Shown here piece by piece: positions 47,802 to 57,032 of a stretch of 64,000 nucleotides of DNA; positions within the stretch are counted from its first letter, which is position 1; every line of letters starts with the position of its first letter. This DNA comes from a virus. The stretch spans positions 47,990 through 111,989 of IMG/VR virus record IMGVR_UViG_3300025543_005580; one strand, given 5' to 3'. The notes under the pieces are model-generated. The model was not told the origin of the DNA. It did not search any database and worked only from the letters and a program-made list of their open reading frames with translations. The position numbers and the translations under genes were made by a program.

Positions 47802-48238
47802 TATTTAAATGCGTTTATTGCTCTTTCGTCTTTAAAATGATCTTGGACTGCTTTTAATGCTACCTCTCTATCTTCAGGGGATAAAGCATTGAATCTAGCT
47901 AATATTCTATCGTTATTGTCTTTTGCTCTTCTATACTGACCACCATCATCTATGTACTCATAGTAAGCATCGTATGATTTAAAGTATTTTAAAAAATCAT
48001 CTAATGATGATAAATCTTCGTTTTCATTAATAGATTCATTCATGCCTAATTCAGCATGTAACACTTCCATAAAAGGACCAAAATTATGAGAGCCATACTC
48101 GTCTTTAAGAATAGCGGCTACACCAATTGCAAAATCTTTGTATGATAAATTTTCATCAACAGAAGCAATAGCATTATCTATCGCTTTTGCTACTTCATTT
48201 TCTACAAGATCAGAATAATATTCTTTAAGGTTTTTCAT
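47801..48238 (-). CDS. Putative internal head protein (145 aa)
   Basis: MKNLKEYYSDLVE start and internal MNESINE junction. Confidence 0.6.
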   Translation of the reverse strand: MKNLKEYYSDLVENEVAKAIDNAIASVDENLSYKDFAIGVAAILKDEYGSHNFGPFMEVLHAELGMNESINENEDLSSLDDFLKYFKSYDAYYEYIDDGGQYRRAKDNNDRILARFNALSPEDREVALKAVQDHFKDERAINAFK

Positions 48239-48449
48239 TGTTATTTTTTTTAGTTCTTCTACGTTTTTTTGGTTTAGGTATTTCTTTTACTACCTTTTCT
48301 AATGATGATTCACCACTCATTTTAATTTCTACTTGTGGTTCTTCTGTGGTTACTCTAGTAACTTGTACTGGGTTAGTATCTCGGATTACTTTTTGGTTGC
48401 CTTTAGGGGCATGAAAAGTTCTACTATTTTCAAATTTACCTAATTCCAT
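48225..48449 (-). CDS. Hypothetical protein with basic tail (74 aa)
   Basis: Tightly packed ORF. Confidence 0.5.
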   Translation of the reverse strand: MELGKFENSRTFHAPKGNQKVIRDTNPVQVTRVTTEEPQVEIKMSGESSLEKVVKEIPKPKKRRRTKKNNNEKP

Positions 48450-49066
48450 TATTTTTTAGTATTTAGGTATTCGTCAAGTAATGTACCGATAACACCTGCT
48501 TTCTGTCGTATAAATATCCACTCTTCCTTAGATAATTTATGTTGTTGTTGAAAATCTACACAAAGAACGCCAATAAAACGATCTTTTAAATCGTCTAAAG
48601 CAAGTAAATAATAAGATTGGGCACCATAAGGTTCAGCAACGGCTCCTAACCCATAAGTTTCACCATTAGCATCCGATACGGCTATTTCACCATTTTTATA
48701 AAGTTCAGACATTGCTTTTGGAAATAATGATACTGGGATGTTTTGGAAGTTATGTTGTGCTGCTAGAATATTTGGTCCTACTTTTTCATAGAACATAGAA
48801 AATTTCTGGATTGATTTACCTGTTGGATAAAAATGTCCACCATTATGAAATTGGGTAACCCATACTCGGTCGCAATTTAATTCATCCATAATAACATCAA
48901 GTTGTTCATCAACTAAGTTATTTAGTTCTATTGCTTCATGTACAGGATTTTTTTCCTCTTTTTTCTTTCCAAAATGATTTTTTGCCCATTCAACAGCAAT
49001 TGGCCCAAATACAGCTGTTATTAAAGCAACGATTATTGTCGAAAGCATCATTATTGTAGTTTCCAT
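48449..49066 (-). CDS. Single-TM protein with GAF-like domain (holin T-like candidate)
   Basis: N-terminal hydrophobic helix; CDRVWVTQFHNGG...FIGVLCVDF pattern. Confidence 0.55.
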   Translation of the reverse strand: METTIMMLSTIIVALITAVFGPIAVEWAKNHFGKKKEEKNPVHEAIELNNLVDEQLDVIMDELNCDRVWVTQFHNGGHFYPTGKSIQKFSMFYEKVGPNILAAQHNFQNIPVSLFPKAMSELYKNGEIAVSDANGETYGLGAVAEPYGAQSYYLLALDDLKDRFIGVLCVDFQQQHKLSKEEWIFIRQKAGVIGTLLDEYLNTKK

Positions 49067-49067
49067 C

Positions 49068-49640
49068 TTATTTTTTAAGTGATTGTAAAAATTTAATTGT
49101 TTCTTCTTTACTTTCTAGCATTTTTATTTTATTAGAACCAACCCAGCTTTCTATATCACCAGCTTCTGTTATAAAATCTTCGTTAGATTGATTTAGCATT
49201 TCGTCAAACCAAACCTCAAATTCTTTTGTTAAATTATCAACGTTATCGTTTATAAATACGTTATTATATTCTTCCCATAAACCCTTTAATTTTAAATCAG
49301 CTTCAAAGCTAACTTGACATGTTAAACATCTTTTAAATTGTAAATAAAAACGTTTATCTGCTTGCTTTTTCATTAAATTATTACATGAAGGACAAAATAA
49401 AGGCATATGTATTTCCTTTTTAGCATTATCCAGTTTAGTGATGTTTTGTTTAATACCGTTTTTAATAGTCCAAGTACGACCATCAGATTCCCAAACATCA
49501 CCTTCTTCATGAAATTCTTCTACTTTAGTATAACCAACACCTTGTACATTACGAGCCCCATGCTTGCCTGTCATTAGGTTACGAAGACGTTGTACGTCTT
49601 TTTCTTTAAATTCTTTCTTTAAAACTGATTCTTTACTCAT
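49068..49640 (-). CDS. Hypothetical zinc-finger protein (likely start MSKES at 49640)
   Basis: CPSC...CLTC; EGDVWE..GRTWTIKNG. Confidence 0.65.
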   Translation of the reverse strand: MSKESVLKKEFKEKDVQRLRNLMTGKHGARNVQGVGYTKVEEFHEEGDVWESDGRTWTIKNGIKQNITKLDNAKKEIHMPLFCPSCNNLMKKQADKRFYLQFKRCLTCQVSFEADLKLKGLWEEYNNVFINDNVDNLTKEFEVWFDEMLNQSNEDFITEAGDIESWVGSNKIKMLESKEETIKFLQSLKK

Positions 49641-51988
49641 AAACCTAATTTTTTTAATTCTTTTATTGTTTGTTCTGTAGATATAAATAATATACCTATT
49701 CCTCCTGCTGCCTTCCATTGGTCAATATTTGAAGGACGATCATCGATTAATATATTATTACCATCAGCATAGTTTTTCTTATTATAAGAATTAGCTAATA
49801 TTAATTTAGTTCCTGGGAGGTTATTTCTAACCCATAAACGTTTACCTAAACGAGAGGAATTTGAACGGGATGGTGAAGATAATAACATTGGGTTATTTGG
49901 TTTAATATACTCCCATAATTGTTTACCATTAGGCATCCAAGGCATACCAACCCAAAATCCAACACCATTTTCATTGTCAATTAAATTCCAAAATGCTTCT
50001 TTGCCATTTTTTTCTTCATATTCACGAGGAGAAATACCACCAGATGCTTTTTCAAATTGCTTATCAAAGTCAACTAATACACCATCCATATCACAATAGA
50101 TAGTATATTTTTGATCATTTACTTCATTCATAACTTTACTTTTATATTCGAATATGGGTAAAGATAATGCCTTAGCTCGGTTTCTCCAAATTTTTAATAT
50201 GTTTTCTCTTTCCTCAGCATTAATAGGTTGAGTATCAAGATAATCATTGATTACATCAATATATGGTTTTTTCGATTTTTTAGCTTTAAAGTATAAACCT
50301 TGAAGCATAGCATCTATTTCTTTGGGTAATCTAAAGTAATCTGCTTTAGGTAGTAAATCCAAATTAATTAAATCTCTAATTGTTTGATCATCATCCATTT
50401 GCTTACTAGGTCTTACTAGTTTTGGATCATCACTATCTACTCCACCTTTAACATTTTCTCCATCTTGAGTTAAATGCTCAAGCTCGTGTCTTACAACATC
50501 TTTAATATCAAATGATACTTTTTGCCAGTCTGGGTTTTTAGGTATTTTAAATTTAACTGATAGTAAGGGGGTTATTTCATTTCCTTTAGTATCAAATCCA
50601 GCATTTGCTCCTCCATCCACATTATACTCATCATCTGTAATTTCTACTACGCCTTCAAAATCAAAATAAAATTCTTCAGATGGAATATCATGTTCATCAT
50701 CTGGGTGGTCTACTCTAAATTCAAAGTCGCCTTTTTTATCTCCTCTATCGTGAATATCTTTAAATGCTTCAAATGCAATTTTAGATAATTGGTTAGTTAG
50801 TGTATCATAACGACCTTCGTTTAATGATTCTTCTAAACCTTGGGCTAATTCACGAGCGTATTGATTTAAACCAAATGGGTCTTTATTTTTTTTCTCTTCA
50901 AGTGGGGTATTATTATGCTCACATTTATGGCATGTAAATAAATCATCCCCACCATCTGCTATTTTCCAACTCCAGCCACAATTGTCACATTCGATTTTAT
51001 CGCCTATAATTGCTTCATTTAAGCTATCAGTCCAATTTCTAAATGTCATTGTACCTTTCAAATTAGCTTCAGCTTCAATATCATTTAAGTTATCGTCTTC
51101 CTGTGTATTAGTTGTAGTAATATCACTCAATCTACCCTCTAAATTTTGAATGTGATGTACCATTTCATGTGAGAATGAACGTACTATATCTTTAGGATGT
51201 CGTCCCTCAGTATATAGCACGATTGTACTTGTGTTTGGGTTATAATACGCTGTTTTACCGAAAAAATCACGTGCGTTTTCGCTATCACCGTTAATAAATT
51301 CAACTGTGGGTAAGGGATCAATATTATATCCCTTATCTCTCATATAATTAGTTAATTCGATTATTTTATTTTTATAATCTATATCTTTAGAATATGAAGC
51401 ATTTTCGTTTAATGACTCCTTAACTACATCTTGTATGTAACCAAATATTTCTAATTTTTCATCATCAGTTAAATTTGATGGTAAAAATTTGTAGAATGAT
51501 TCTGGGGATTGCTTTGCTGCTGATCTTGCTTTAGTACCACTAACATTGGCATCTGGAGTTTGGATTATTTTAACTTTAACATTTGGATATTTATCTTCTA
51601 CACCAGTTGTTCTTAAAGCAACATCTGTTAGATCATCTTCATTTCCTTGCCTAGCACCTATAATAAAGTAAACTACTTCTTCAGGATGGTTTTTTCCATA
51701 TCTTAAAATATCACCTATTGGTGCTTTTGATGGTTGTATTTCTACTTTTGATGGAAGATAATTTTTATATATATCCCATATCAACAAAGATTCTTCTTGA
51801 GTAATACCATTACGTTCTCCACTACCCACATAAATAATAAATTTATCTATTTCAGGGAAGTCAGATAGTGCTTTTTGTACTACTTCAAGATGTCCTTTTG
51901 TTGGTGGTTTGAAACCGCCACCATAAACAGCGGTTACCAAATTATCACCAACTAGTTCGGATATTAACGACTTAGTTAGTGAATTCAT
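49637..51988 (-). CDS. Multidomain protein: cytidylyltransferase-like NTase, HExxH domain, Zn ribbon, second HExxH domain, HAD 5'(3')-nucleotidase-like
   Basis: GGGFKPPTKGH...SGTKAR; SHEMVH; CDNC..CHKC; RHELEH..Q; IYCDMDGVLVDF...ILIDDR. Confidence 0.8.
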   Translation of the reverse strand: MNSLTKSLISELVGDNLVTAVYGGGFKPPTKGHLEVVQKALSDFPEIDKFIIYVGSGERNGITQEESLLIWDIYKNYLPSKVEIQPSKAPIGDILRYGKNHPEEVVYFIIGARQGNEDDLTDVALRTTGVEDKYPNVKVKIIQTPDANVSGTKARSAAKQSPESFYKFLPSNLTDDEKLEIFGYIQDVVKESLNENASYSKDIDYKNKIIELTNYMRDKGYNIDPLPTVEFINGDSENARDFFGKTAYYNPNTSTIVLYTEGRHPKDIVRSFSHEMVHHIQNLEGRLSDITTTNTQEDDNLNDIEAEANLKGTMTFRNWTDSLNEAIIGDKIECDNCGWSWKIADGGDDLFTCHKCEHNNTPLEEKKNKDPFGLNQYARELAQGLEESLNEGRYDTLTNQLSKIAFEAFKDIHDRGDKKGDFEFRVDHPDDEHDIPSEEFYFDFEGVVEITDDEYNVDGGANAGFDTKGNEITPLLSVKFKIPKNPDWQKVSFDIKDVVRHELEHLTQDGENVKGGVDSDDPKLVRPSKQMDDDQTIRDLINLDLLPKADYFRLPKEIDAMLQGLYFKAKKSKKPYIDVINDYLDTQPINAEERENILKIWRNRAKALSLPIFEYKSKVMNEVNDQKYTIYCDMDGVLVDFDKQFEKASGGISPREYEEKNGKEAFWNLIDNENGVGFWVGMPWMPNGKQLWEYIKPNNPMLLSSPSRSNSSRLGKRLWVRNNLPGTKLILANSYNKKNYADGNNILIDDRPSNIDQWKAAGGIGILFISTEQTIKELKKLGL

Positions 51989-52366
51989 TTATTGTTTTAG
52001 TTTTTGGATTTTTTCCTTAGCTATACGTTTCTTTTCTTCGATGTCCTTTTTAGCACCTCGAAAAGACTCCATAGCATCTTCCATTTCTTTGAGACTATCT
52101 TGATATGCATTTAGTGCTTCTGATCCTGCTCTCTTTGCATCTAATTTTTGTTTATAGATACCTAAAATATTTTTAACATCTAATCCACCTTTGATTTGAA
52201 GAGCGAATGAAGGAAGGTCTAATTCGTAAACCACATCTTCCATTTCGGAATCTTTGGTTGGTTTTTCTACGATAAAAAATTTGCCGATCTCATCTACCAT
52301 TGAAGTCGCTACTTCAGTAACTACTTCATTTGTTTCTATTTCGTTTAATATATCTACTAATTTCAT
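51989..52366 (-). CDS. Putative internal head protein (MKLVDILNE leader)
   Basis: N-terminus resembles a capsid-targeting sequence; coiled-coil tail. Confidence 0.6.
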   Translation of the reverse strand: MKLVDILNEIETNEVVTEVATSMVDEIGKFFIVEKPTKDSEMEDVVYELDLPSFALQIKGGLDVKNILGIYKQKLDAKRAGSEALNAYQDSLKEMEDAMESFRGAKKDIEEKKRIAKEKIQKLKQ

Positions 52367-53160
52367 TTTTTAAGGAATTGGTTTAATCTCATTTGTGCCT
52401 CTTCTTTAGACATAGTATATTCAATTACATCATATACAAAGTCATCACTTAACATAGATTGAATTTCTTCTTTATCTTGAGCATTTCGCTCATCTGATTT
52501 TTTCTGTTGAGCTGGAGTTTTTGGTTTAGTATCTGTAGGTGCGAATGGTTTAAGATATTTATCTATAATCTTATCTATATCTTGCATTCTATCATCTAAT
52601 GTATTAGCTACAGCAACAAAATTATTACCAAATAAATCAGCATATTTAGGTAGGTTTTCTGTTACACCTTTCCAAGTACGCATTACAATAGCAGGTGCTA
52701 AGCTTCTATCTTCACCACCTGATTTTTGGTATCTATCTTGATTTTGTCTTAACGAACGTTCTAGATCAGTATAAACGTAAAGCATAAATACATCGTATCC
52801 TGCTTCCTCCAATTGTTGTTTTAATTCAGCTGTTTTTTTAAATGAAGCGGCTGTACCATCTAAAACAAAGGATTGTTTACCATCTATTACACCTTGTAGC
52901 TCACCCTTAAATTCTTTGTTAGCTGCAGCCATTGCTTTAGCTTGCTCACTTCTTTCCTCAGGAGTAGCATTTTTTAAATCTAAAGATACATTGGCTTGTT
53001 TAAGTTTACTAATAAAGGTATTGTCTATATTAAGGATTTTTAAATCACCTATATCTAATTTTGATAAAATAGACCCTTTACCAGCACCCGGGGCACCAGC
53101 AAGAATTACTGCTTTAGGTTTAGATATAGCCTCCTTTAAAAGTTCTGTCAACAAAATCAT
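52363..53160 (-). CDS. P-loop kinase, zeta-toxin/AAA_33-like, with LLKE leader
   Basis: AVILAGAPGAGKG, LNIDN, FVLDGT, GYDVFMLYV..DLERSL..N..R. Confidence 0.75.
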   Translation of the reverse strand: MILLTELLKEAISKPKAVILAGAPGAGKGSILSKLDIGDLKILNIDNTFISKLKQANVSLDLKNATPEERSEQAKAMAAANKEFKGELQGVIDGKQSFVLDGTAASFKKTAELKQQLEEAGYDVFMLYVYTDLERSLRQNQDRYQKSGGEDRSLAPAIVMRTWKGVTENLPKYADLFGNNFVAVANTLDDRMQDIDKIIDKYLKPFAPTDTKPKTPAQQKKSDERNAQDKEEIQSMLSDDFVYDVIEYTMSKEEAQMRLNQFLKK

Positions 53161-53184
53161 TAAGTATATGTTTAGTCATACATA

Positions 53185-53970
53185 TTACAACTTTCTTTTA
53201 GCTTGCGTTCTAAACTCAGTAAATATTGGTGAATGGTTAGGGTTTTCTAAATCAAATAATCTTTTAACAGTCATAAAAATATCAATATTTTCTTCTTGTG
53301 TACGTTTTGACTCATACATCTCCCATCCTTTACCTTGAATTTTACCTTCTGCTGCTTTACGTTTATTAGATTTTAACCAAAGTACACCGTATCTATCGGC
53401 TTTTTTACCAAAACATTCCTCATAACATTTACCATAAATTGCAGTTTGTAAATCATATGTTGTCTGGAGGTGGTTTGATGTTTTAAAATCAATAATCCAA
53501 AGTTCTGTTTTACCATCGATTTCAATCTCACATACCATATCACAAGTACCTGCTACTCTAATTTCATCTGAGAATAAATGTACTTCCGTTTCAATTAATT
53601 TAGGATTGTATTCTTCCCAAAAATCAACAAAACGTAAAAACATTTGCCACACTAATGGATCATATTGTGGATTACCTGATGGTGATAAAAAATTTAATTC
53701 TTCTCCATTTAGAAAATCTTCAATCATTTCATGAGTTTGAGTTCCTTGATCTGCTGCTTTACGCACTATGTGTTCAGAAGCATAACCTACTTTTTTAAGC
53801 CAATCTTCAAAAAATTTGCCTTTTGGATACGCACCTAAAACATATGTAATAGAAGGGTAATATTCACCATTACGTTGATAGTAACGGGAATCTGGCATAG
53901 TTATTTGTTTTGCATCTTCAGAAATTTCTAAAATTCTGTTGTAAGATTGCTTAATGTTTCTTTTTTTCAT
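53185..53970 (-). CDS. PD-(D/E)XK exonuclease
   Basis: YPSIT, AADQGTQTH, AGTCD, IIDFKTS, LQTAIY. Confidence 0.85.
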   Translation of the reverse strand: MKKRNIKQSYNRILEISEDAKQITMPDSRYYQRNGEYYPSITYVLGAYPKGKFFEDWLKKVGYASEHIVRKAADQGTQTHEMIEDFLNGEELNFLSPSGNPQYDPLVWQMFLRFVDFWEEYNPKLIETEVHLFSDEIRVAGTCDMVCEIEIDGKTELWIIDFKTSNHLQTTYDLQTAIYGKCYEECFGKKADRYGVLWLKSNKRKAAEGKIQGKGWEMYESKRTQEENIDIFMTVKRLFDLENPNHSPIFTEFRTQAKRKL

Positions 53971-54896
53971 AGAAATAATTTTCTTTCCAATAGCCCTGAA
54001 AATGTTATGGGGTATGTTTCTTGGATTAATTTTGTGAAATTGTCAAAACCCATTTCACCCGGGTCCTTATCTTGCAAATCTACAAGATAAACTTCTTTAC
54101 CTTCATTCATTAAACGTTCACAGAACGTTAATGCCTGTTTTTGAGCGTCTTTATCCAACGCGATATATATTTTTTCAACACTCGATGTAACAATTTTTTT
54201 CATCAAATTAGACTGTATATTCTTACCTAATAATGGTATAGCGTTACGTTTGATTGATAATGCATCGAATGGACCTTCACATAATATAAGAGGTAAATTC
54301 CAATTAATATATAATTCAAAAGGAATAATATCTCTAGATACTGAAGGATTTTTATATTTTATATATGGTTCTTTTTCAAATGAACGTCCTGTAAAATAAT
54401 TAAGAGTTCCATTAGAATCATATGATGGGATTATGATCATTTTAGAATAACGACCTGTAGCACAATAACCAATATTATATTTTAGAATATCATCCATACT
54501 TATATTTCTGGATTTTAGGTAGGCTAATGCTTGTCTGCCTTCAATATTAGATTGTTTTATATTTTCGAATGTTTGGTATTCTTTAGGTAATTTAACTATT
54601 TCATTAATTATTGTATCTGTTTCTTTACCTACATACTTTACAATAGCCTTTAATTCAGCCATTTTTTCGGATGAGGCACTTACTGCTCTAAATAATTGAT
54701 ATAATTTTTTACCTTTTTTATCACAAACCCAACAATGCCATGGGTTTTCTCCTTTAGAATTTTCGGATAAATTAACTTCTAATTTTGGTTTTGTATGATG
54801 GCATAAAGGGCAGTGATAAGCATAATTACCTCTTGCCGTTGATTTCCCAGAACCGAGCACCGAATTAGTCAGTGCAACTAGACTTTGATTTACCAT
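53967..54896 (-). CDS. DNA primase-like protein (Zn finger + TOPRIM)
   Basis: CPLC...HCWVC, YLKSRNI, IIIP, KYKNP, CEGPFDA, ALDKDA, KDPGEM. Confidence 0.85.
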   Translation of the reverse strand: MVNQSLVALTNSVLGSGKSTARGNYAYHCPLCHHTKPKLEVNLSENSKGENPWHCWVCDKKGKKLYQLFRAVSASSEKMAELKAIVKYVGKETDTIINEIVKLPKEYQTFENIKQSNIEGRQALAYLKSRNISMDDILKYNIGYCATGRYSKMIIIPSYDSNGTLNYFTGRSFEKEPYIKYKNPSVSRDIIPFELYINWNLPLILCEGPFDALSIKRNAIPLLGKNIQSNLMKKIVTSSVEKIYIALDKDAQKQALTFCERLMNEGKEVYLVDLQDKDPGEMGFDNFTKLIQETYPITFSGLLERKLFL

Positions 54897-54903
54897 ATAG
54901 CTC

Positions 54904-54934
54904 GTAATATACGAACAATATTCTACACATCAAA
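54904..54934 (-). promoter_or_regulatory. Bacteroidota-like promoter upstream of primase
   Basis: TTTG-N19-TATATTAC; shares TTCGTATATT with the 35362 site. Confidence 0.5.
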
Positions 54935-55369
54935 GTCGCGAGTGAAGAACTTGCCGAGAATGTTGTCGTTGAAGAACTCATCAGGTTTTTCTAAAACCTC
55001 ATAGAGTATTTGATATTTTAACTCATAGTAAGTTAATAACTTTTTTGTAGGAGCACAAATTAAAATTTCACGTTCGAAGTTTTCTTTTGGTTCAATTTTA
55101 TATAAATCTTTTAAGAATTTATTTGAACCCCAATATGTTTTCCAATTAGATTCTTTAACCGCCATTTTATATGATGGTCGTCTACCTACTACACCTGCAA
55201 GTTCTTTAAGTTCTTTTTTACCTAATTTTACTTTAGTAGTATTTTGAAGTATTTTTCTACCTATGTAAATTTTACCTGTTGGTTTATGTATTATTCGATA
55301 TACAAATCCATGAGTATCGTTTGGAAAATCGGATATCGATTCCATTTCTTTTTTATTATATAACCACAT
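54923..55369 (-). CDS. GIY-YIG endonuclease, T4 EndoII (DenA)-like
   Basis: GFVYRI...KIYIGRK, ESNWKTYWGS, FEREIL, YYE, NDNI. Confidence 0.75.
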   Translation of the reverse strand: MWLYNKKEMESISDFPNDTHGFVYRIIHKPTGKIYIGRKILQNTTKVKLGKKELKELAGVVGRRPSYKMAVKESNWKTYWGSNKFLKDLYKIEPKENFEREILICAPTKKLLTYYELKYQILYEVLEKPDEFFNDNILGKFFTRDFDV

Positions 55370-55379
55370 ATTAATTTAA

Positions 55380-56051
55380 TTATAATCGGTACCAACCCTG
55401 ATACATTACATTTGCTGTTGCTCCTTCAAATGTTACTACATTAACATTGAGGGATGGAGATATTGTAACTGCTGGTGAAGAAGGGGAAACTATTTCGTTT
55501 GCTGTTATGATTAAATCAACACCAAAACCACCTACGGGGGCAAATCCAAATATGGTAAATAAATCAACAGATGCACCCGGTCCTGCAAAATATTGGGCAA
55601 CACCTGCAATTGGGATCCATGTTGCTGATGTTGCGGGGTTTTGGCTATCGGGAGTAGTAGCCATTGTTAATGAAGAACCACCACCTGCATTTAAAGCATG
55701 TGAAGCTGTTACTGCAAATGATGCAGTGACAGTTAAAGTATCTGTAGATGGTTGATAATGCATACCTGAACCATCTGAACCTGAATCAGCGTATATTTGT
55801 TTATTAGCTGAACTTACAGGGCTATCAGTAAATAATACTGAGTATATTGTGGGAGATGTTGTGTTATTATTTATTCTTGCAAAGTTGGCATTTGTTGATG
55901 TACCTTGAACATCTCCTTTTAAACTACCAGTCATTACCAATCCAGTAATAGTTCCTGGATTTCCTGTGCCTAAGGCTGTATATAATTGGGTAATATCTGT
56001 TGTTTCTACTGTATTACCATTTACAATATTTGAATTATCTAAAGTTGCCAT
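55380..56051 (-). CDS. Putative virion structural protein (223 aa)
   Basis: S/T/G-rich with TASFAVTASHAL fibre-type repeat; at the end of the baseplate cluster. Confidence 0.6.
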   Translation of the reverse strand: MATLDNSNIVNGNTVETTDITQLYTALGTGNPGTITGLVMTGSLKGDVQGTSTNANFARINNNTTSPTIYSVLFTDSPVSSANKQIYADSGSDGSGMHYQPSTDTLTVTASFAVTASHALNAGGGSSLTMATTPDSQNPATSATWIPIAGVAQYFAGPGASVDLFTIFGFAPVGGFGVDLIITANEIVSPSSPAVTISPSLNVNVVTFEGATANVMYQGWYRL

Positions 56052-56055
56052 TTTA

Positions 56056-57027
56056 TTATCTGTCTATATTAATAAGTATTGTTGTATCTGTAGTAGTTGA
56101 AGTAGGTAGTGGTTGTGATAATTTACCCACTGCTAATAAATTTTGGTATTCATCGTATAATCCTACAGTAGTAACATAAGGACTAAAATAAGATTCAGTT
56201 ACAAATCCATAAAGGGTTCCATCTGTTGAACCTGAAATTATTGAAGGGTTTAAACTAAAATTAAATTCACTTTCTCTAAGTGTACATTTATATTGTGTTT
56301 CAAATATATCAAGAGATGATGAAAACGAGCAAGTTACATTAGATGATGTTACAAAATTTTCTATAAAGGTTGAATCTCCTAGGCCATAAAATATACTACC
56401 ATATGAACCCTCACCATAGCCATCTCCTAAGGGAATACCATCGCTAGTTAATATTATCAAACCATGGTCATAAAATATATTCCCACAAATTTGATTATTG
56501 TATATAATATTTCCTTCACCATCATCTGTTATAGAACCACTAGGGGCTGTATAATTGAATGAATTAGGTTGTATGTAATTACCATATAATCTTGATGGTA
56601 TTGAAATAACACCTATTATATTATTTGAACCTGTGGGGAAATATTTTTCAAATGTTAAATCAGTTTGTGGGTAATTAAAATACCTACCATCTGATTGAGT
56701 TGTACCTACTAATCTATCACCTTCAGTATCTCTACCAGGAACTAAACTTGCTGTGTTAAGTACATCACTATATGATGAACTTATATGGTTTGAATAGTAT
56801 AATTCTTTTACAGAATTATAAATTAATTCTTGATCCTCAATAGAAATAAATCCAGTTGTAGGGTTAGAACCTGAAATAAATGGGTTAGATTGTATATTTT
56901 TACCTAAAAATCTATCAATAGAAACATCAGAGTTAGTAAAGTCCTCACCATTAAAGGTAAAACCTTTGTTTACTTCAAATGGAGTAACTATTATATCGGA
57001 TGCTAAAAATTGTTTGAATGTACTCAT
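56056..57027 (-). CDS. Putative baseplate/tail-collar protein (323 aa)
   Basis: C-terminal YVTTVGLYD...LLAVGKLSQP domain; TDDGEGNI...GNIFYDHG. Confidence 0.6.
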   Translation of the reverse strand: MSTFKQFLASDIIVTPFEVNKGFTFNGEDFTNSDVSIDRFLGKNIQSNPFISGSNPTTGFISIEDQELIYNSVKELYYSNHISSSYSDVLNTASLVPGRDTEGDRLVGTTQSDGRYFNYPQTDLTFEKYFPTGSNNIIGVISIPSRLYGNYIQPNSFNYTAPSGSITDDGEGNIIYNNQICGNIFYDHGLIILTSDGIPLGDGYGEGSYGSIFYGLGDSTFIENFVTSSNVTCSFSSSLDIFETQYKCTLRESEFNFSLNPSIISGSTDGTLYGFVTESYFSPYVTTVGLYDEYQNLLAVGKLSQPLPTSTTTDTTILINIDR

Positions 57028-57032
57028 TCATT

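Noticed and set aside
53185-53970. Cas4 call for the exonuclease
   Set aside because: No four-Cys Fe-S arrangement or CRISPR context; a generic phage PD-(D/E)XK exonuclease fits.
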